Assembly: GCA_002269645.1 (NCBI GenBank)
Contig: NIVC01000026.1
Coordinates: 1-64,000 of the forward strand
Reading direction: 5' to 3'
DNA length: 64,000 bases
From: Macrostomum lignano
Lineage: Eukaryota
Shown here: positions 59,101 to 64,000 of the stretch, piece after piece
Numbering within the stretch: position 1 is the first letter of the stretch
How the letters are laid out: the number at the start of each line of letters is the position of its first letter
Made by a program: the position numbers and the translations under genes
Notes under the pieces: model-generated
The model's database searches: none
Told to the model about the DNA's origin: nothing
What the model saw: only the letters and a program-made list of their open reading frames with translations

Positions 59101-61667
59101 AGAGTGTGGAGCTTGGAGAGTGCGGAGTTTGGAAAGTGTGGAGTTTGGAGAGTGTGGAGTTTGGAGAGTGCGGAGCTTGGAGAGTGTGGAGTTTGGAGAG
59201 TGTGGAGTTTTTCGAATTTATTTATTAATTAGCTGGTGTAAAGACATTTTCGGTGACTTACAGTTCCAGAATCGATCACTACGACACCTAAAACTTCAAA
59301 GCCGAAAGGTGAGCAGTCTTTATCTTGTCAATAGATGCTACTTTGCTCTGACAAGATAACACAACGAAAATAAGGTACATGCAAGTTCTAAAGCACTTAT
59401 GGTTTTCGTTTCAGTTCGTGAATGTAAGTTGAATTGTGGAATGTTTTGTTTTAATTTTGCTCTACTGATCACAGACTCCACAATGAGAGCTGCAGTTACT
59501 GATGAAGCTTTGGCTTCAACAACAATAAAAACCGCACAACTGCAGTTGAATACGTTGGCTGCTACGCAAATCACCACGGCACCGAGACGGCCCTGGATGA
59601 TATACCGCGGAGCCACCCGGAAATGACGGTAGTCGACTGTTACTTCTTTTGCACCCTGAGATTTGCCAACTATTTTGGAATTTTTGACGCAACCAAATGC
59701 TACTGCGGATTTACGATCAACACGACCCAAGTGGTGCAGGACCGCTGCAGGCTCACTTGTCCCGGAAATCCATTGGAAATCTGCGGCGGCAGCAGTGCAA
59801 TCAGCATTTACGTTTTGCCGAAACCGAAAGTAGTTAGTCGGCCAGGTGAGTGTCTATGAATCGGGGTAAGTGTCCATAGGGTGTCCGTTAATCAAGGTAC
59901 GTGTCTATAGGGTGAGTGTCCATTAATCGGGTTTAGTGTCCATAGGATGAGTGTCCATATTCGGGGTCAATGTCCATAGGATGAGTGTTCATAATCAGGA
60001 TAAGTGTCCATAGGGTGTCCGTTAATCAAAGTAAGTGTCTATAGGGTGAGTGTCCATTAATCGGGGTAGGTGTCCATAGGATGAGTCCATAATCGGGGTA
60101 GGTGTTTATTGGATGAGTCCATAATCGGGGTAAATGTCCATAGGGTGAGTATCCATAATTGGGGTAAGTGTCCATAGGGTGAGTATCCATAATTGGGGTA
60201 AGTGTCCATAGGGTGAGTATCCATAATTCGGGTAAGTGTCCATAGGGTGAGTATCCATAATTGGGGTAAGTGTCCATAGGGTGAGTATCCATAATTGGGG
60301 TAAGTGTCCATAGGGTGAGTATCCATAATTGGGGTAAGTGTCCATAGGGTGAGTATCCATAATTGGGGTAAGTGTCCATAGGGTGAGTATCCATAATTGG
60401 GGTAAGTGTCCATAGGGTGAGTATCCATAATTGGGGTAAGTGTCCATAGGGTGAGTATCCATAATTGGGGTAAGTGTCCATAGGGTGAGTATCCATAATT
60501 GGGGTAAGTGTCCATAGGGTGAGTATCCATAATTGGGGTAAGTGTCCATAGGGTGAGTATCCATAATTGGGGTAAGTGTCCATAGGGTGAGTATCCATAA
60601 TTGGGGTAAGTGTCCATAGGGTGAGTATCCATAATTGGGGTAAGTGTCCATAGGGTGAGTATCCATAATTGGGGTAAGTGTCCATAGGGTGAGTATCCAT
60701 AATTAGGGTAAGTGTCCATAGGGTGAGTATCCATAATTGGGGTAAGTGTCCATAGGGTGAGTATCCATAATTGGGGTAAGTGTCCATAGGGTGAGTATCC
60801 ATAATTGGGGTAAGTGTCCATAGGGTGAGTATTCATAATTGGGGTAAGTGTCCATAGGGTGAGTATCCATAATTGGGGTAAGTGTCCATAGGGTGAGTAT
60901 CCATAATCGGGGTAAGTGTCCATAGGGTGAGTATCCATAATCGGGGTAAGTGTCCATAGGGTGAGTATCCATAATTGGGGTAAGTGTCCATAGGGTGAGT
61001 ATCCATAATTGGGGTAAGTGTCCATAGGGTGAGTATCCATAATTGGGGTAAGTGTCCATAGGGTGAGTATCCATAATTGGGGTAAGTGTCCATAGGGTGA
61101 GTATCCATAATCGGGGTAAGTGTCCATAGGGTGATTATCCATAATTGGGGTAAGTGTCCATAGGGTGAGTATCCATAATCGGGATAAGTGTCCATAGGGT
61201 GAGTGTCCATAATTGGGGTAAGTGTCCATTAATCGGTCCGTCATTCTATGAACACTTTCTCAAGTACATAGAAATACATACAAATTGTACAACCCTGAAG
61301 CCTAAGATGAATCGCTATTATGGATAAACAGTAAAAAGATTTTTAATTATTGCAACTTTCAGAAGATCCTGTTGGCTGCTATTTTGCCAGTGATTCATCA
61401 ACGCTGGGAGGACCCAAACTGTCCAGCTCGGACATGACTCAGTCAGTTTGCGCCAGTGAGTGTGCCAAGTACCTGACCAAATATTTCGGCTTGATGACAA
61501 AGGACTCACAAGGGAGCTGCCATTGCGGCAACGAAATTCCATCTGGGGAGCAAAACCAATACGACATGAGCTTCTGCCAGTACAAGTGCCCCGGGGTGAG
61601 ATTCAACATGGAAGTGTGCGGGAGCGACATGTTTATGCTGGTGTTCAAACTGAATATACAGTCCTGA
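53155..61667 (+). CDS. Secreted two-WSC-domain protein with microexon-encoded N-terminal stalk; exons 53155-53212, 54216-54248, 55926-55952, 56076-56096, eight 33-nt exons (starting 57300, 57456, 57559, 57662, 57765, 57868, 57971, 58074), 59546-59845, 61363-61667; 335 aa
   Basis: Signal peptide MAVQKLTVFLILAAITLCFA. All introns GT-AG and phase 1; total 1008 nt. WSC motifs YVGCY..MTVVDCYFFC..YFG..CYCG..C..CPG..EICGG and VGCY..MTQSVCASEC..YFG..CHCG..C..CPG..EVCG. The smallest exons are the least certain. Confidence 0.75.
53501..53782. mobile_element. Small MITE-like element in WSC gene intron 1
   Basis: Perfect 14-bp inverted repeat taagagcctcttca / tgaagaggctctta. Confidence 0.5.
54376..54985. 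mobile_element. Non-autonomous hAT-like element with 14-bp perfect TIR and 21-bp minisatellite
   Basis: caggggcgtcgcca (54376-54389) / tggcgacgcccctg (54972-54985). Degenerate 8-bp TSD cccacatt/tctacatt. Same internal repeat as 16290-17410. Confidence 0.8.
55575..55821 (+). mobile_element. SINE family 1 copy (intron of WSC gene)
   Basis: B-box-like gggttcgattcc near 55622, then tgtccttgagaaagacacttaaatctgcattgtctcagttcaccc and the same ggactgaacagccgtacgcagc...gcggctgagctgtcgg body as 9552-9810. Confidence 0.7.
56405..57105. repeat. ~19-bp intronic minisatellite
   Basis: Unit gcaattaaacacccagcta. Confidence 0.95.
57296..58140 (+). repeat. 103-bp tandem repeat = 33-nt exon + 70-nt intron
   Basis: (c/t)ag|TCCCACCGCCGCCACCAACTGAGAAGCCGACAG|gtgagt recurs every 103 nt from 57456 to 58106. 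Confidence 0.95.
58170..59210. repeat. 16-bp intronic minisatellite
   Basis: Unit ggagtttgga(a/g)agtg(t/c). Confidence 0.95.
59846..61235. repeat. 34-bp (2x17) intronic minisatellite made of splice-donor consensus motifs
   Basis: Unit taagtgtccatagggtgagtatccataattgggg contains GGTAAGT and GGTGAGT; the array starts at the real donor (59846). Confidence 0.95.
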
Positions 61668-62142
61668 AACTCAGTTCAGGCCGGAGTGAACTAGTGCGAG
61701 TTTAAACAGAAACTCGAATCTCGAATAAATAAAAGAAGTAAATCGCAAAAAGTTGAAATTCTTTGTTTATTTCTTTTTATTGCATTTTAATTTTCATTAT
61801 ATCCCTCGTTCTGTTGATCCCAAATGACATCAACTCTCTTGAATGCTGCAAAATGACTTCGGTAAATGACTGGTGTATATCACACTCCTCTAAGCCACAC
61901 CTGAATGCACATCCATGACTTTTAGCCCAGCAATTGGGAGGGAAGAAAAAGCAATGAAGCTGAAGCCTAGTTTGAAATGTTGCTTTAAAAGTTATATGCT
62001 TCTCCAAGTTTCTCCAAGTTAAACGGGGGTGGGAAGCCGGGAGCTACCCGCGGATCAGCCCTGGGAGGGGCTCTGCCGCTGAGGGGCACTAACAGCGGCA
62101 TATAGCCCGAGATTGGACCCTGACGTCTGGGCCAGGGGAATC

Positions 62143-62500
62143 TGCCAACCCAAACCTATGGACTAAGACACCGCCAACCCAAACCTATGGACTAAGACAC
62201 CGCCAACCCAAACCTATGGACTAAGACACCGCCAACCCAAGCCTATGGACTAAGACACCGCCAACCCAAGCCTATGGACTAAGACACCGCCAACCCAAAC
62301 CTATGGACTAAGACACCGCCAACCCAAGCCTATGGACTAAGACACCGCCAACCCAAGCCTATGAACTAAGACACCGCCAACCCAAACCTATGGACTAAGA
62401 CACCGCCAACCCAAGCCTATGGACTAAGACACCACCAACCCAAACCTATGGACTAAGACACCGCCAACCCAAGCCTATGGACTAAGACACCGCCAACCCA
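62143..62500. repeat. ~29-bp tandem repeat, about 12 copies
   Basis: Unit gccaacccaa(a/g)cctatggactaagacacc. Confidence 0.95.
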
Positions 62501-63038
62501 AAAGTGGAACCAGAGACGGTGCTAAGACCGAGTCCACCCAAGCCACCACCCGGCAGACAAGTCCCAGGAGTGCGCGAAAAAAGATTGGAAAAATCTTGAA
62601 ATACTACTAAAAGCGGTCCGAGAGCGGGGAGACGCCGAAGTCTCGGAAATGGCTGTATTTTGGAGCGAGTCTGGAAGGCTTGTTTCCGAGGGCGAGACTC
62701 CTATCAGGCCACCAGAAAACCTATAGGGCTGCAAGCCACAAGGGTGTCACCTATCCAGCTCTATATTGGAGGCCAGGCCAAGGGGTCGGGAAGGAGCAAC
62801 TTCAGAATTGCAGTTCAATTGTGGGAATTCGATGAAAACTTTGAAATTTGAGCAGAAAAAAGTGACCATTAAATTTGGTTGGCAGTCACGGTAATTTATA
62901 TTGTTTTTTAATAAAACACAAATTAATCGCTCTCTCACAATAAAATATATAATTAGGACAACAGATATATTGCACCTACCAGCATAGAATGTTGAATTCA
63001 ATCAAATTTGAATAATAATATAATAATTGTCAAAACTT

Positions 63039-63308
63039 TCAGCGCCGTTTAATAGCAACGTAAATATTCCAAAGAAGAGACAGGCCGCACATGAACAGCA
63101 CTCGGTACTGAAATTATTAATACAAATTATTTATAATATATATTCATAAAGACTCATGCATACACAATGTTCAAAAACAAAGGCTCACCTTTTGCGGTAC
63201 ATAGTTGATATTAATAAACTGGAACAGGGACCAGATCTTCACGTTCATTTTCAGCACGTCTAAGAAGCTGTCCTTGACTTTGGCGTGCGCGAACGCCAAG
63301 GATCGGCC
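63039..63308 (-). CDS. Mpv17/PMP22 family (PXMP2-like) membrane protein, last two exons 63308-63189 and 63107-63039; upstream exons outside the window
   Basis: KMNVKIWSLFQFININYVPQK|YRVLFMCGLSLLWNIYVAIKRR* matches the family motif W..FQFININYVP..RVLF. Phase-0 GT-AG intron. Confidence 0.8.
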
Positions 63309-63389
63309 CTGCGAGATTGAAGATTTTGTCAGAATTAAATACTCTATTATCACTTTTCTACTTAGCATTAGTACCCATTCGTGTCCCAA

Positions 63390-64000
63390 TCTACATCTAC
63401 TCAATCCCTATCTACCCAATTCCTATCTACCCAATCCCTATCTACCCAATCCCTATCTACCTAATCCCTATATACCTAATCCCTATCTACCCAATTCCTA
63501 TCTACCTAATCCCTATCTACCCAATCCCTATCTACCCAATTCCTATCTACCCAATCCCTATCTACTCAATTCCTATCTACCCAATTCCTATCTACCCAAT
63601 CCCTATCTACCCAATCCCTATCTACCCAATCCCTATCTACCTAATCCCTATCTACCCAATCCCTATCTACCCAATTCCTATCTACCCAATCCCTATCTAC
63701 CTAATCCCTATCTACCCAATCCCTATCTACCTATATTCCCTATATACCCAATTCCTATCTACCCAATCCCTATCTACCCAATTTCTATCTACCCAATCTC
63801 TATCTACCCAATCCCTATCTACCCAATTCCTATCTACCCAATCTCTATCTACCCAATCCCTATCTACCCAATTTCTATCTACCTAATCCCTATCTACCTA
63901 ATCCCTTATCTACCTAATCCCTATCTACCCAATCCCTATCCACCCAATCCCTATCTACCCAATCCCTATCCACCCAATCCCTATCTACCCAATCCCTATC
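63390..64000. repeat. 15-bp minisatellite in the PXMP2-like intron
   Basis: Unit ccctatctacccaat. Confidence 0.95.

Noticed and set aside
62143-62500. CRISPR-like appearance of 29-, 34- and 44-bp repeat arrays
   Set aside because: Units are head-to-tail with no unique spacers, there are no cas genes, and the context is eukaryotic.
13200-64000. Shared 14-nt core (gattgggtagatag) between the PDI intron 1 repeat and the PXMP2-like intron repeat
   Set aside because: Both are low-complexity GATA-like sequences, so convergence is as likely as common origin.

Overview
Eukaryotic (animal) genomic DNA with GT-AG introns, GC-rich exons and introns filled with minisatellites. The style suggests a free-living flatworm such as Macrostomum, but that is an inference. 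I built spliced gene models by hand from splice sites and reading-frame phase. (1) Three Toll-like receptor genes (LRR-TM exon + separate TIR exon) in a +/-/+ cluster; the divergent ectodomains share a near-identical TIR exon cassette. (2) A 427-aa ER thioredoxin/PDI-family protein with three WCPHC domains and KDEL. (3) A 5-exon, 1245-aa ORF that appears to fuse a CECR2/dikar-like DDT-WHIM module to BCL9/Legless HD1-HD2-HD3, the most novel item here. (4) A THAP/P-element remnant, a frameshifted mariner, several MITEs, foldback elements and two SINE families; part of this lies in a strongly CpG-depleted AT-rich block. (5) Two tandem intronless hnRNP A/B-like genes. (6) A secreted two-WSC-domain protein built from 11 symmetric microexons, 8 of them from a tandem exon+intron amplification. 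(7) The 3' end of an Mpv17/PMP22 (PXMP2-like) gene. Several intronic minisatellites carry copies of splice-site sequences. Homology calls come from motif recognition by eye; no searches were run.
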